Notes: generated by a model not told the origin, from the letters alone. A DNA stretch of 56,422 bases, filler included, from Sphacelaria rigidula (GCA_964200075.2; 7 parts of 7 records of this genome joined end to end with filler, not necessarily neighbours in it); one strand, 5' to 3'; positions 37,501 to 50,393 are shown, numbered from the whole stretch's first letter. A program made the numbers and translations.

Positions 37501-39655
37501 ATGTGTTGCGCGTGCAACAACCCCAGCAGTGAAAAGATCACGAGGAGTTTACGCCGGATTGCTACCTACATGCCATCCACGTTTTTCTTTTGATCCTTTC
37601 CCACCGTTACTTTTATTCCTTCTGTCACCTGCTCGATAGCGTGGGGTGTGTAAGAGAAATGACAGACGTATAACCAGTCCATAAATTAGATTATTTGAAC
37701 GGTGGGTATGAGGTGGGCGTGCGTGTATCATGTGATATATATTTCATTGAGGCTTCGTGCGATGAGTTCGTGTGTAAGGATGTAGTGGCGGTTATACACC
37801 TGGCATTTCTGATCCTATTGGTGTATTGGTTTGGGTTAGATACACCAATCCCTACATCCTTCATTCGAAGGGTTGAACAGATCGGCACAAGTACAGAGTC
37901 ACCTCGCGTGTCGAGGTGATAATCGTCTTCGGAGCTGGAGTGACGCAGAGATCGAATTTCGACTAGCAGCCGGGTCGAGCACGCAGGTCGGTCATGCCGT
38001 GTCTGGTGTTATATTTCCGAATCCCGTTTTGTTTGGAGTGATCTATTGTGATCCTTACTCGGTGTGTACGACTGTGGTTGGTAATAGCTCATCTGAATTC
38101 AGAGGGGCCGTACTCCCTGTTAATCGGCCATTCATGTGGTCCTGTCGTATACTCACAAACTCGTAGATGGAGATGTCGTCGAAAGTGTACGGGTGCGCCC
38201 ACACAGACACACGGGGCACTTCTCCGACCCCCGTCGTGAACGAGGTCTTATTGCTGTAGAGTGGGCTTATCTTCACCAGCCTGCCCTGGGCTTTGGCCAA
38301 AGATACGGACGTGACCCCGTTCAGTACGCCCTTGAAGACTCGGTGGTACGCAGCGTCCATCTGATCGAAGATACCCGCAGCCGCTCCATTCCGTCCTCCC
38401 GACGGGTCGGGGTCGATGTCGGCGTAGGTGCATCTGTGAATGGCATCTCGGCTGCCCTTGTCAGTTATCCACGTCTTGGACGCCGTGGCACACTCATACT
38501 GACGTTCCTTGTATCTAAGGATCGCTAATTCTAGTTCGTCCGTCGAGTTTCGCACCGCGTCATTTCCGTCTTGCGCTATCTCAAGCCGCATCCGCAGGTC
38601 CGTGTTAATTTTCCCTAAGTAGTCCTCGTTACCAGGGTCGACGTGTTTTCCGTTACAGAAGGTGGAGATCATATCATGCACGGGATGCAAGGGCTTCAAT
38701 TCTCGGCAGCAGTTCATGACCGGCTTGCTCACGCCATGATCGTCGATCAGGGAGTTCAAGCGGCTATCGCTCAAACAGCGTTTGTTGAGACCGAAGAGGA
38801 ATGAGTGAGCTTGAAGATTGCCCAATGACGACCCTGGGGTATGCTGTGGGATTTGGCAAGCAGGAGACGGAGGGGGCGACACAATATAATATGGGAATGT
38901 GTCGTGCGTAATCGACTGTAGATGATACAGTCATTGGGACATACATCGATGAACAGACCACGACCGCCACATCACACGAATATCTTGCATTAGTGCAGTC
39001 GCCCATCACGTCGACCACAAGGGCGGGGGGTATCTCCGGTGTGGACGACAGAAAGGCCATGAAGTAATATGCGCATTTGTGCAATCATGCGACATATCGC
39101 CCACTATTCTTCGTCTAAATTTTACGGACAACACTCACCGGCTTGATCTCTTCCTCCTCCTCGTGGGCGAAGCGCTCCAAGAGAACGTCTTTCAGTGGCC
39201 ACTCACTGTCGCAAAGAGCCATGGCGAACACCAGCGTGACGAGGAGCGACAACTTGGGCGGATCGTTCTGCGTACGCTCACCCCCTGGCGGTGCTAGGAC
39301 GTACTTAGTCAGATATCGTTTCGTATACTCGTTAAGAATCTTCCACATAATGTTCGCGTTCTTAGCATCCGTTTTGCTGTCCTTATCCGCCGCCCACAGG
39401 ATGTTCCGCCAGTAGCGCCCCAATATGGCATCCATCTGAGCAGGTGTGCTGACGTCTGCTCTGCCACAGGCTTGTTGGATTATGGGTACCAGGACCCCAA
39501 CGGCTGAGCTCATGCACGGTTTCTGCATTTGAAGACGGGCGCCCAATACGTAGCCCGCCCGGCTTGTGATGTCGGTATAGCCGAAATGGGTTAGCCATAT
39601 GCCGCCAGTTGTTTCGCATGGCGAACGATTTCACCCCGGGGTTTCGCGGCGTACT
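34562..39655 (-). pseudogene. Multi-exon, partly decayed gene of unknown family, possibly transposon-borne
   Basis: Long same-strand open blocks. In-phase splice join EIKP|HTPG across the GT-AG intron 38844-39138. Exon from 37628 has an in-frame TAG at 37568. Apparent frameshift near 39600. Confidence 0.5.
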
Positions 39656-40137
39656 GTGTATTGGAAGGTGCCACCGGTATCACAAGCATACGCGAATGTG
39701 TCGCCTGTGTCTGTGGGCTGAAAATCCGAAAGCGTTACGGTTCCGGTAAATTCGGTGTGTGACAATGGGTGTCATCATTTCACCGTGTTGCGGTGTGATA
39801 TAGAAAATATGCCGTTATGTGCACGCCGGTGGTATGAACCGTCATCACTATGGTCAAAATGAGCTGGTTTTCAAAATCGGCCCATGTGTGTCACGAGTTG
39901 AATTCCTTTCCGAAGCCGGTTGCGTCGAACAGTGATTGCGTGGAGCTGGTTTTGAGAACCGGTCGATCTTGGTCACGAGTTGAGTCCCGTCACGAAGCCT
40001 ATGGCGTAATTGGAGCGCTTATGGGTAGGTGGGTCTGAAGGAGGTCCTATGTGTGTTGTAAAATCAACCCCGCCACGAATACGGTATTATGGTGTAGCGC
40101 TCATGACGAGCTGATTTGGAAACCGACTCCGAGTGTG

Positions 40138-40200
40138 TTAACCCTTTTGGAGTCCATTGACGAAGTCTGTTTATGTGAATCGGCATCATCTTCAGTCATC
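40138..40200 (+). mobile_element. piggyBac-like MITE end (family of 6079-6196)
   Basis: TTAA followed by cccttttggagtccattgacga...gtgaatcggcatcat. Confidence 0.55.
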
Positions 40201-40274
40201 TTCAAGTCAAACTGATTCGATTCGTAAGAACAAAAAACAGCCGATCCTAATTTCTGGGGTTGAAACAAAATATG

Positions 40275-40374
40275 NNNNNNNNNNNNNNNNNNNNNNNNNN
40301 NNNNNNNNNNNNNNNNNNTTAATTAATTAANNNNNNNNNNNNNNNNNNNNNNNNNNNNNNNNNNNNNNNNNNNN
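40275..40374. other. Artificial contig linker
   Basis: Same spacer. Confidence 0.98.
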
Positions 40375-40375
40375 C

Positions 40376-40427
40376 TATGGTCAAACGACTAAGGCAAGCA
40401 ACAAATGAGTACGCCCCCCACCCCCCC
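40376..40427 (+). mobile_element. Poly(C)-tailed element, 3' part (cut by contig start)
   Basis: atggtcaaacgactaaggcaagcaacaaatgagtacg + C-run. Confidence 0.8.
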
Positions 40428-41439
40428 CAAAACCAGCTCAAAACTGAAACGGAAGAAATAGTCATACAGCGCCTGATCTTCTGTTCCACGCTATACGACG
40501 CGCCACATATGGGCGACAAGGACGAGAACAACCCCAAGCTTTGAAATTCCTAGCCGCTAATTGTGCCCGGCGTTTTTCATCTCGATTTACGTCTAGATTT
40601 TGCCTCCTCAAACCATTCACGTTTTGTGGGGGAGCTATCGTAGAAAGTGTCCCCTGCGCTTCCCCCCCCCCCCCCGTTTTTTTCGCCCTTTTCCTGTAAT
40701 CTGCGCCCCCTCCCTTTTTTTCCGCCCCTAATGTTGTTTTCCGGGCCTCATATTATTTCTAAAATATGCAGTATTTTCTGTTATTCTGCAACAAATCCTG
40801 CTTTTCCTGCTCTTTCTTTTTTTCGCAGCCGTGTCTCCGCGCCAAAAAAGCGGAATCCGGCGTTTTCCGCATTTCATGCTTTTTCTGTCATCGCAGGTGA
40901 AACAGAGACCTAGAAATCGAAATCTGCGATGTCCTATCGGAAATTTGCGCCAGGCATGTCTGCAATCCTAATTATGCTCTATCATCTATAAAATCTGCTG
41001 TATTCTCTGAAATCCTGCGACATGTATTTCTTTTCCTGCTGTTTTTTTCGCGGCCGTTGCCCTGCGCGAAAAAACGGATTTCTGCATCTTCCGCATTTTC
41101 TGCTCCTTCGGCGATCGCAGATAGAGTGGAGGCCTATATGTAGGCTGGCGTTCAAGGTAGCTACTGCATCATGTGTATAAACTCGCGCGATTTGAACTAG
41201 AAGTACGAAGAGTACGGAAGGTTGTCAACGGTTATGATGTGTAGCTCAGTGAGTATGTTGTCTACCCCATGCTCACTAGCTCGTGTGCTCGATTCCCCGC
41301 CCCACATCACAAACCCCTTTTTTCCCGGCAGAACGTTGCCCGCAGCTGCACGTGAAGGGTAGCGTTTGTGGGTAGGCACACTGCACAGTATTGCCAGCAG
41401 CGATGAACTCTTCATGGGGCACCGGAACCCTGTGATGCG

Positions 41440-41639
41440 TCCTGTAAACTTCACAAAACACTGTACCGTACACGTCCTGACAGAAAACTGCACAATACTC
41501 ATGTCTACTGTAAAAAATCCCTGTGAAGCATCCTGTGCTACGCTGGAAAACACCGTGCATGGAATTCCCGCCAGAAACACTGCACAGGGTACGTAAACCC
41601 TGTAGACCCCCTTCACAGGGTGCTATCTGTCCACGTGTG
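41440..41639. mobile_element. Right end of CAC-terminated element (family of 44574-46695)
   Basis: ccctgtgaagc / aaacactgcacag subrepeats ending cagggtgctatctgtccacgtgtg. Confidence 0.65.
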
Positions 41640-41673
41640 AAGTGAGTCTCTATGTTTATATTTTACATATAAC

Positions 41674-42048
41674 TAGAGATGTGCCCCGCTCCGTCCCCTC
41701 CGGATATACGCTCCGTTTGACTCCAATTCTAACTCGCTCCGCTCGGAAAACAAAGCCACGGATTATTCTCTCTATATATATATATCGGACTTTGCGATGG
41801 GGCCTGCTCTGATCATGAGCAAGAACCCGCTCAAGTGGTGGGCGCTCAATGCGCACAAGTACCCACTCATTGCGCATGTCGCTTGGAACGCCCTGGCTGT
41901 TCCGGCATCGTCAGATCCCTCAGAGCGAGTGTTCTCGCGAGGTGGGCTCATTATGACGCAACGAAGAGACAGACTCAAGCCGGAACGGCTTGAGACGCCG
42001 ATCTTTCTAAACGGTTCTCGGGAGGCGGCAGAGAAATTTACTCGATAA
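41674..42048 (+). mobile_element. hAT transposon remnant: terminus plus C-terminal dimerization domain
   Basis: TAGAGATGTGCC hAT-type end with cgctcc subrepeats. 41797-42048 encodes NPLKWW...YPLIAHVAWNALAVPASSDPSERVFSRGGLIMTQRRDRLKPE (hATC domain pattern). Confidence 0.88.
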
Positions 42049-44780
42049 CCACTCAATTGAAAAGAATCCGACAGGGTAATCCTGGCCACTATCACTCGCT
42101 CAGAAATATACGTGGGTGACTGGCACCTTCTGTAACACGTGACAACGCATCTGTGAACCGATATTGAGGGGCGGGGATAGAGCACATCGCAGAGGCACTT
42201 GCTGAGGACGGAACACAAGCATCGAAGGCTAGAAAATATGGAGTGGCACGCCATGCCAGCATCGTGTTCTTTGAAGCAATGTGGGATAAAATCGTCACCA
42301 TGTACTCTTCAGAACATGGCGCCAGCATGGAGATCGCCAACAACGAAGTCGCAGCGGGTGCCGCCGCTGGAGCACCGGCCTCCGCCACAGCAGCAGCATC
42401 GGGCCACGCTCAAACATCAATACGACCACACGGAACGACAACACCACCACACGTGCCACAGATTGTCGCCCGTAAAGTGCAAAGTACGGGCGCCGCCGCA
42501 CTATCGCCTCTGCGGAAGGAGAGTACAGCAGCGCCTACACTCGGCGTCGGACCGGCGGCGCCCTCCACCACCATATAGCAAGGCCAGGTGGTGCGGGGGC
42601 GACAAAGGGTGTCGGGCGCAGGTCAGCAGTCAAGTCGACCGCGAAGCCTCCCGTCTCCAAACCTTGTTGCCGTGGCATGTCCACGGTGGACTTTAACGGC
42701 ACGTATGGAGCGTCGAGCCGAAAAGAAAGACTCACCACAACGGTGATGGGAAATCGGTGAGCAGGGGGAAGGCGGAGCTTACACCGGACAACATAGATGT
42801 GTACTTGTCAGCCACACGTCCTTTGGTATTTCCGGGAACGTGCGAACCCTCAGATGTTCACCCAAGCCGGAAAAGGCGGCGCGAAGAGGTCATCGGTGCG
42901 AAAATTGCAGGCGTGTAGGGAACTGCACCTGGAGCTACGGTTGCCAGGTTCAATCAATTTTGCCGTCCCCTCCTTCCCCAGCGACCGGCGCGACTCTAAC
43001 CGGTGATACCGCCGGAGGAAATGTCGGTGGACGCCGCTGATCTCATTATGGGAGGGGCGGACCCATGACGAATCATGGAAGGGGCGGGTCAGCGGCGAAT
43101 CATGGAGGGGGCGAGGCGAATGAGGCGAGGAAGGCGTCGGGGGGCAGCTGTTAACAGGGGTCATGCCGGGCAGTCGTGCTTGCGCGAGGGCGAAAGGGTG
43201 GTGGGAGGGGGGTCGAGTCTGGGAATAGATCCTACGAGTCTCACTTGTTGCGACGGCTGGTCAAATGGATCCATCAGCCGCGGGTCGAAGTTTTCAGTCG
43301 GGATCTCTCTGGAGATTCACATTTGTAGTGCAGCGGTTCGGCGAGAAAGGACTTGGCATCGGAAGCTGGCAACGGCCGTGATAACTTCGCGTTTTGATTA
43401 AACATGTTGAGGATTTCGGAGACATATTTCCTGTAGATGCGTTGCACGCATACGTATGTAAACTGAAGATTGTCCTCACCGGTAAGTAGTCATGAACCGT
43501 GCGTCCCGTGGATAGTGAAGTGTGTAATGCTTGGCGCGGTATACCGTTGGGTGCACAGATTTATGGCGGGTAACTCGGCGACGCCCTTGGGCGTATGGCC
43601 AGTTGTGCGTGAGGACAAATATTGATATTGATTGAACGAGTGTATCGACGCAAAACACAAGCCAGGAGCATACCGTGGTCTTGAACTGGACCTTCTTGGA
43701 TGCTGTGCAGCAGCACACGACCACCGCACGCGCATCGACTCCGGTCGTTAGGTGGTGTCGATGGCGTTCTGCACAGCGAGCGAACTGCTCGAACTCGTTG
43801 GTATATGCGATGTGGGAAACGCTACAGGAACAGCGTCGGATTATGTTCTTCCTTCTCTTCTTGATACCATTCTTCCCATTGAAGTTTCACCTGCATCGAA
43901 GAGGACAGAAGATGCGACCACCTGTCCTTCGAAGCACACATCGGCGCCATTTTCGCAGAATCGACATTTTGATTCCAAGAGGTTGTGGTGCCGCTGATGA
44001 CAGAACTAGTCGGCAAAACGTGTTCGTGTGTGCCACGTGACAAGAGTTGCAGTTGCTGAATTATTTCTGGTATGACCAGCGGGTACGGGCAATGTATATC
44101 TTGGGCGAATATTTGGGCGGAATCTGGATCAATCCCAGCCAGCTGAAACGTTTTGCAAAATACGAACGTCGCTGGTCGCCATCTTGTTTGATAACGTGGA
44201 ATTGTAACTCTTGAAGAGTATATTATGTCCGTAACTGGCAGCTTGCCTGAAGTAGGATCGTTAGAGATGATTTATGACCTAAGTGAAGACACGTCTTGGG
44301 GGCGAAGGACAGGTCGTTTGCACAAGCCCCCAGCTGACACTTGGACGCCGGTTTAAGGATTCTCAACAAGCACAGTAGAGGACGATCAATCTTTTCGTCC
44401 AGCATCTGATACGTCTTCAGTTGTCCCCTTGTTCGGTGCCTGAGCCTCCAGAAACGAGACTACTTTATAAGTTCCCGGGGTGTACAATGCTGCATTCTTC
44501 GTTGAGGCTGTTATCTGCCCTCGCACCTGTTCCTAGATAACAGACCGCTGCACATACATCACACTTTTGCCTTCACACGTGGAAATATAATACCCTGTAG
44601 GACTTGCTGCACAGGGTACTTCACCGTCTGTTGTGAGAAACCCTGCATTACACTTGCAAACACTAGTACCTCTACCAGCATTTTGCATAGCGTTATTGTC
44701 GAAACCCTGCGAGCGACCCTGTGGAGAGGCCCTCCCAATTTTGAAATTTCCGAATTATTTTGGTACAAAACCTGTAATTT

Positions 44781-44886
44781 GTTTTTGGATAGCTTCTCCT
44801 GCTGTCCGAGATGAACTCTCTTTTTGCCCGATTTGAATCGGGCAAAAAGGAATTTACCTCGGACAGCAGGAGAAGCTATTCAAAAC
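44781..44886. repeat. Near-perfect ~50-bp-stem hairpin
   Basis: atagcttctcctgctgtccgag...tttttgcccgatt pairs with aatcgggcaaaaag...ctcggacagcaggagaagctat around a 2-nt spacer. Confidence 0.9.
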
Positions 44887-45034
44887 AGATCTTTTCTCGC
44901 CTAACTCAATTGGGCAAAAAAAGGATTTATTTCGAACAGCCTTTTCTGCTGTACGAAAACCATGCACACTGGCAGATTCGGAATTCGAACAACAGCAGAA
45001 GAAGCTCGAATATAAATCTTCACTTTGCCCGCCA

Positions 45035-45035
45035 G

Positions 45036-45078
<43 letters not shown>
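45035..45078. repeat. (GTT)n microsatellite
   Basis: About 14 direct units. Confidence 0.95.
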
Positions 45079-46744
45079 CTTCACATTAAAAAACCGTTCC
45101 GATATCTGCGCGGTACATTGGTGCTGGGCATCTTATGCGGACGCCTTCCGTGGTCACATGCCAGTTCATCCGGGAAATGGGCAAAAATAGTTGTATTGGG
45201 AACAGCATCAGCTGCGCAGATCCCGCATACTGCACCGTTGTCAGCGTATGGGACCCAAGACGCAGAAACAATTGTTTCAAGTAATTTATCCTCTTACCCC
45301 CCAGTTCATGTACCAATTGGGCTAAAGGATGAATTCTCAACGGCTTTTGCTGAATAGAGATCCCACGCACTGCTTACGAGTGCATGTCCACATGCCTGGT
45401 AAAGATGTTGCTTTGACGGTATATACCTCGTATATGAATCCACATAGCTTATAAAAAACCCGCCGTCCAGTATCTACCAACACAAACCAAATGATTTTTA
45501 GCAAAAACGCGAAGCGAAATCGATCGCGGCATATGCGCTACGTATAGCTATGCAATGTGGATATATGCTGCAGCTTATATTTCGATATACGGGGGTGTTA
45601 CATACCGTCAGGAGTATAGCTACAGAGTTCACGCAGGACGCGCACGGAAGAGCAGCACGCAGTAAGCAGGGCATCGAAAGGAAGCAGGGAAAGTACAATA
45701 CAGACAGCGCAGGACTATATGTGTTCTCTACCTAAACTGCGACGTGAAAAGGATTGGAACAACGTGCAGCTTTGTACTGACGATGCCTGCACCCATGCAT
45801 CAACTATATGCGGTGAGTACGTGCTACTCGTATATATACCCCGCGCGTGCATATGGCGGTTCGACCTGTCGCCATGCGATGCTGCGCGGCCATGAAAGAA
45901 GACGCTTAAGTTTCCATGCACAAGAAATACCTCATATTTAACCACGGCAGTGTGTATCTATATCCCTGTGCCCAACTCGTGCTCCTTGCTACAGACAGTA
46001 TATAGGGTTGTGCGGTGTATAGCTGAGAACGAAATTGTTGTGGTTATGGGTAATTTGCGTGGATCTCGGGCCTTGGTCAATACTACATAATATACAAGTA
46101 CTTCGAAATACAAAGTTGCTGGGGTCCCAAAGGTGAAACTCCAGAGGTAAATTACACCCGGGAAAGCGCTTTTCCCCCAAAGTTGCCAACAGGCAACCAT
46201 TTTAAACTTACACAATAAGGATGCCCACGTTTTCGTTTCTGAAGTTATTTTGCGTGATATATCCATTAGAAGCCCAAAACTAATGTCCACGCTAACAACA
46301 AGTTATGGGTGGTTCAATGCTCGGTGCGTTCTCCTCCCTACCACTGGAGTCCGAGTCCGATACCCACCCCTGTCACAAGTGAACTGCTTTTTCGCCAATA
46401 CTGCGCCCACGCTGCAAGGTCGAGCATATTGTATGTGCGTAAAAATAATGTACAGCATACTAACAGCAATGAACACTACACGGAGTGACGAAACCCTGTG
46501 AAGCGTCCTGTGTGGCGCAAAATAATATCCTTCAGTCAAATCCCCGCGAGAAACACTGCACAGTTTCCCTGAAACCCTGTGAAGCGTCCTGTAAGGCGCA
46601 AAAAACACGCTACGGCCAAATCCCCGCGAGAAACACTGCACAGTTTCCCTGAACCCTGTAGACATGCTCCACAGGGTGCTATTTGTTCACGTATGTTGAG
46701 CAGCTAGGGTGACATTCATTATTCACTTGACAATTTGAGCTTCA

Positions 46745-46993
46745 GACTGCTGCCGAGATAGCCCCCCCCTGAACCGGCCAAAAATGTGCACGGAGGCGAT
46801 GGTCATCGATGCCGTTAAAGCTGGTTTCGTGCTGTACGACGCGACTCATTTGGGTATCATCGCTGATTTCAGACTGCTACACGTCTCGCATGTGGGCGAA
46901 ATTGCTGCAAACGAGCCGAATATTGGGATCGCAGCCGATTTGTCGGACGGTTTCCGGTGCACTTTTTGTGGGGGGGCTATCTCGGCATTAGTC
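46745..46993. mobile_element. ~250-bp MITE with TIRs and TSD
   Basis: gactgctgccgagatagcccccc / ggggggctatctcggcattagtc, flanked by TTCA (or CTTCAG if the ends are shifted by one base). Confidence 0.8.
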
Positions 46994-48348
46994 TTCAGCT
47001 GGGACCTACCGTCGACGCCAACTGTCATTATGATGGGGTATAGCTAACGCGCTGGCTGGGATCGGTCAGTATGAGTGCCAAGGGATACCATGGTTCCAGC
47101 TCACCAAGACCCAACGTAGGCACAATCATACAGACCTTAGCTATCCATCAAGCACACAATATAGTAGGTTCTTTTTTGTATACTGCTGGTTTGAGACTCA
47201 CATGTTGATAGCACTATGTTATACCTACAAGCAGCTCTCTGACTCAGTACAGCCGGGGCAGCCACAGGAGCAGAGCGTAGTGATGGTGCCAGGGTAGCAG
47301 CAGTAACTAGGGCAGTGACCAAGGCAAGCCAGCGAGTGTCAAACGTGGGACGTGCGACTTGTAGCCACGCCCCAACAACTCACAATACAAAAACAAACGC
47401 GATCAACGCGTCACGGAACCAGGGCCTACGAGCAGACCCGCACATCGTGATATCTTGCAACGTCACTGCGCTTCATCGCATGTGTACGTTATACCTTGCG
47501 TGGCGATCCCACAAGCATGCTTCACGCGCCATCCCAGCGACAGCAGCATGCACACGGTTGTAATGTCTTCCCTGCTGGCGGGCAATGCTGATTGTTTCAT
47601 ATTTGACTACGGGAGAAGATGTCCCCAAGACTAAAAGAGTGATACTACGGAATAGGGGTTTACAGATACTTTCTGGGGTTCGAAATGTCAGGAGCTCTCT
47701 ATTTCATCCGAAAAACGACCCATAACAATGTTTTCGTGAGATCGAGAGTCTAGCGTTGATTAACAGCGGGTCTCATTACTCGTTCTAAGTGACCAATCTT
47801 TTATTCGGTGTGCGCTTTTCCTTTCCCTGGAACATCGTCGTGTCCTTACAGCTTCACGTCGATATCCTACTCAGCGACATCAAAGACTTCAGTGGCGAGC
47901 TACTACAGAAAGCGTATCGGTCCTCGTATAAGGCTCGGAGGAGCATTTCGGAACTGAAACTATTCCATTCATGAATGAATCCTTTTGGGACCGATCTGCC
48001 ACTAACACAGAGTCAGTTGACCCTGCGTTAGTGAAATAATAAAAACGAGTCAGGGAGCGACCAATAACGGCGAGGAGAAAACTATCGGCCAGACCCGAAC
48101 GACCAGCGCGGGGACTGTTGGCGAGTGTGATGCCACTACAAAGATCGTGTAGGGGCCCTCTTCCTGGCCCAGATAAGCCTTCCCAGGGTTTTATGGATCT
48201 CTGTCACTCAAGATCAGATCGCCATGTGTGGACTTCTCCCATCACGGGCACATGGACTTCGGCAGCTTTAGTTATTCATGTATTAACCCTCAGCATAGTA
48301 AACGAAAGCAGGAACATAGCGTCTCTCCACCAGAGTAGAAAAAACAAG

Positions 48349-48448
48349 NNNNNNNNNNNNNNNNNNNNNNNNNNNNNNNNNNNNNNNNNNNNTTAATTAA
48401 TTAANNNNNNNNNNNNNNNNNNNNNNNNNNNNNNNNNNNNNNNNNNNN
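48349..48448. other. Artificial contig linker
   Basis: Same spacer. Confidence 0.98.
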
Positions 48449-48519
48449 GTCTTCCGTGCAAGAGAGAAATGCCACTTCAACCCCATATTTTGTATGAACC
48501 TCAAAATTTACAATCGGCT

Positions 48520-48770
48520 GTTAGGTGATGAAAATTTCTCCCTTTTTGTTGATCGCTCGACCGTTTCTTGTTGAAAATCCGTGTTTGGCCAAAAATAAAA
48601 GTGCGGCCAGCGGGAAATGCAAAAACTGCCCTGGAACGGTCTCAATGAGTAGAGCAAGTCATTCCAACGCGTCAATATCCGCCTAGCCCTTTTGTCAGGC
48701 GAGAAACAACGGAGAAGGACCAAAAAGGCTGTTTTAATGAAGAATTTTGAACGGCTCCCATTAGAGTAGG
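48520..48770. mobile_element. Half copy of the ~470-bp fold-back element family
   Basis: aaagtgcggccagcgggaaatg...gagtagagcaagtc...ttttgaacggctcccattagagt, as in 50394-50861. Confidence 0.75.
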
Positions 48771-48777
48771 TATTAGA

Positions 48778-48938
48778 ACATTGGTTTTCGATCGAAAATG
48801 TGCGGTTGAAAAAACAAATCCCGATCTGATAGGTCGTGATTTGAATCATCTTCACAATTTTTGACAATGGTTGAAATTACGATCTATCAAATCGGGATTT
48901 TTGTTCTCCAACGCATATTTTAGATCGAAAACCAATGT
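48778..48938. mobile_element. ~160-bp palindromic MITE
   Basis: acattggttttcgatc...gatcgaaaaccaatgt with ~70-bp imperfect arms. Second copy at 10097-10259. Confidence 0.8.
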
Positions 48939-50393
48939 ACTACAGGCTGGTTCACGCTTATCACCCGAAAAGCACTCATCGGCAAAACTTCACGCCGTTG
49001 CAAGGCGTTAACCCCTGAAACTTTGCACGAATGTTGGATCATTACGCAACTCTGCAGGGACGTTTTTTTTTTTTTAACTTTTTTCAACGTTTCCCGGGGG
49101 TCCCAGTTTTTAGGGGGAACCTCGACCCAATCGGGCCCCCGTGAAACGGTAACAAAGGAAATAAAAATAAAAATTTCTACAAAGTTGCATAATGTCCCAA
49201 AGCACAGTTGTACAAAATTTCAGGGTCTAATTTCTTTAAACGGCGTGAATTTTTTGGCCTTTGTGCGATGAAGTTTGCCGTACGGCGGTAAAACCGGAGA
49301 ATACTTGATTTTAGCACCAAAACGGCATTTTTTGGCCTCCTTTGACGTGAACATGGAAATTCAAGCATCAGTTGATCGAGTTTTGCGACGAAAAATTGTG
49401 GAGCTCATCCTTGGGTTATGCGGAGGCGGATAGTTTGCGAAGAAAGGAAAAAAATAAAACGTAGTGCCGTTCTTCTGGGGTCCCAGAAGGGAGACTACGT
49501 CGAAAAACGACTTCGATCCCGTTGGACCCCCGAAAAACGGTGAAAAACTCAAGAAAATTACAAAAAACATCGTCCGTAGAAAGTTGCGGAATGGTACATG
49601 GCATATTCATGCGAAGTTTCAGGATCTAACTCCTAATGAAATTGTGAAAGTTTACGCGTTTGTAGAGGACCTGGGCTTTAAACGTGCAACTCCTGACTAC
49701 TTGGGTTTAGTATGGAAACGTCTTTTGGGGTGAAAACAACGTCAAGGCAAAAAAATCTGTATGAGGTTTTCGAGTTTCTCCACCAAACTTTGCACATGTG
49801 TTCCTTGGACTCTCCCGGGACGCATCATTTCATAATTTTTCTTTTAGGGCATTCTGTACCGCCTTCCGGGGGTCTGCATGCTGGGACCTTCGGAAGCCGG
49901 TAGAGAACGGAGAAGACATTATACATTGTCAATAATACATTTTTTCTATTTTGAGCATCAATACCTCCGTAACTGCCGAGTTCGAGGGCGATCCAAGCTC
50001 TTCTACTGTACAACAGATATTGGACACCGTCACGAGGCTCCCTGGGTCTTTCGTGCGTATCATCAGTGGAAATTAGACGACGCCAACACCCGACGTCACC
50101 GAAACATCACGGTTTCGGGTATAATTCGACCTCNNNNNNNNNNGGAAATTGGGCTTGGTATTCGTAATTTAGATCTCGGTACAGTTTGAAGGGCACTGAT
50201 TGGCTGAGACACGTTTTCGTCCATAGCGCCACCGCTACGACCTTAAACAAAACTCCGGCTAAGTCACCCTCTACGTCTCTTCAATGCGGTCAGTATGCCA
50301 TATATGCGACTATTGGGTGCGTATTGCGGAAGGCATTTGCTGATGACACAATTTTGGGTGATCACCGTGAACCAGCCTGTAAGACACGCGCTA

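Larger units (their letters stand above)
44574..46695. mobile_element. ~2.1-kb CAC-terminated non-autonomous DNA transposon (CMC-like), carrying other repeats
   Basis: Imperfect TIRs cacacgtggaaatataataccctg / cagggtgctatttgttcacgtatg. TT on both flanks. ~80-nt subterminal tandem repeat at 46490-46665. Confidence 0.55.

Noticed and set aside
44811-45357. Poly-Leu, poly-Thr and poly-Cys ORFs (also poly-Ser/Tyr at 22245-22466)
   Set aside because: They are translations of microsatellites.
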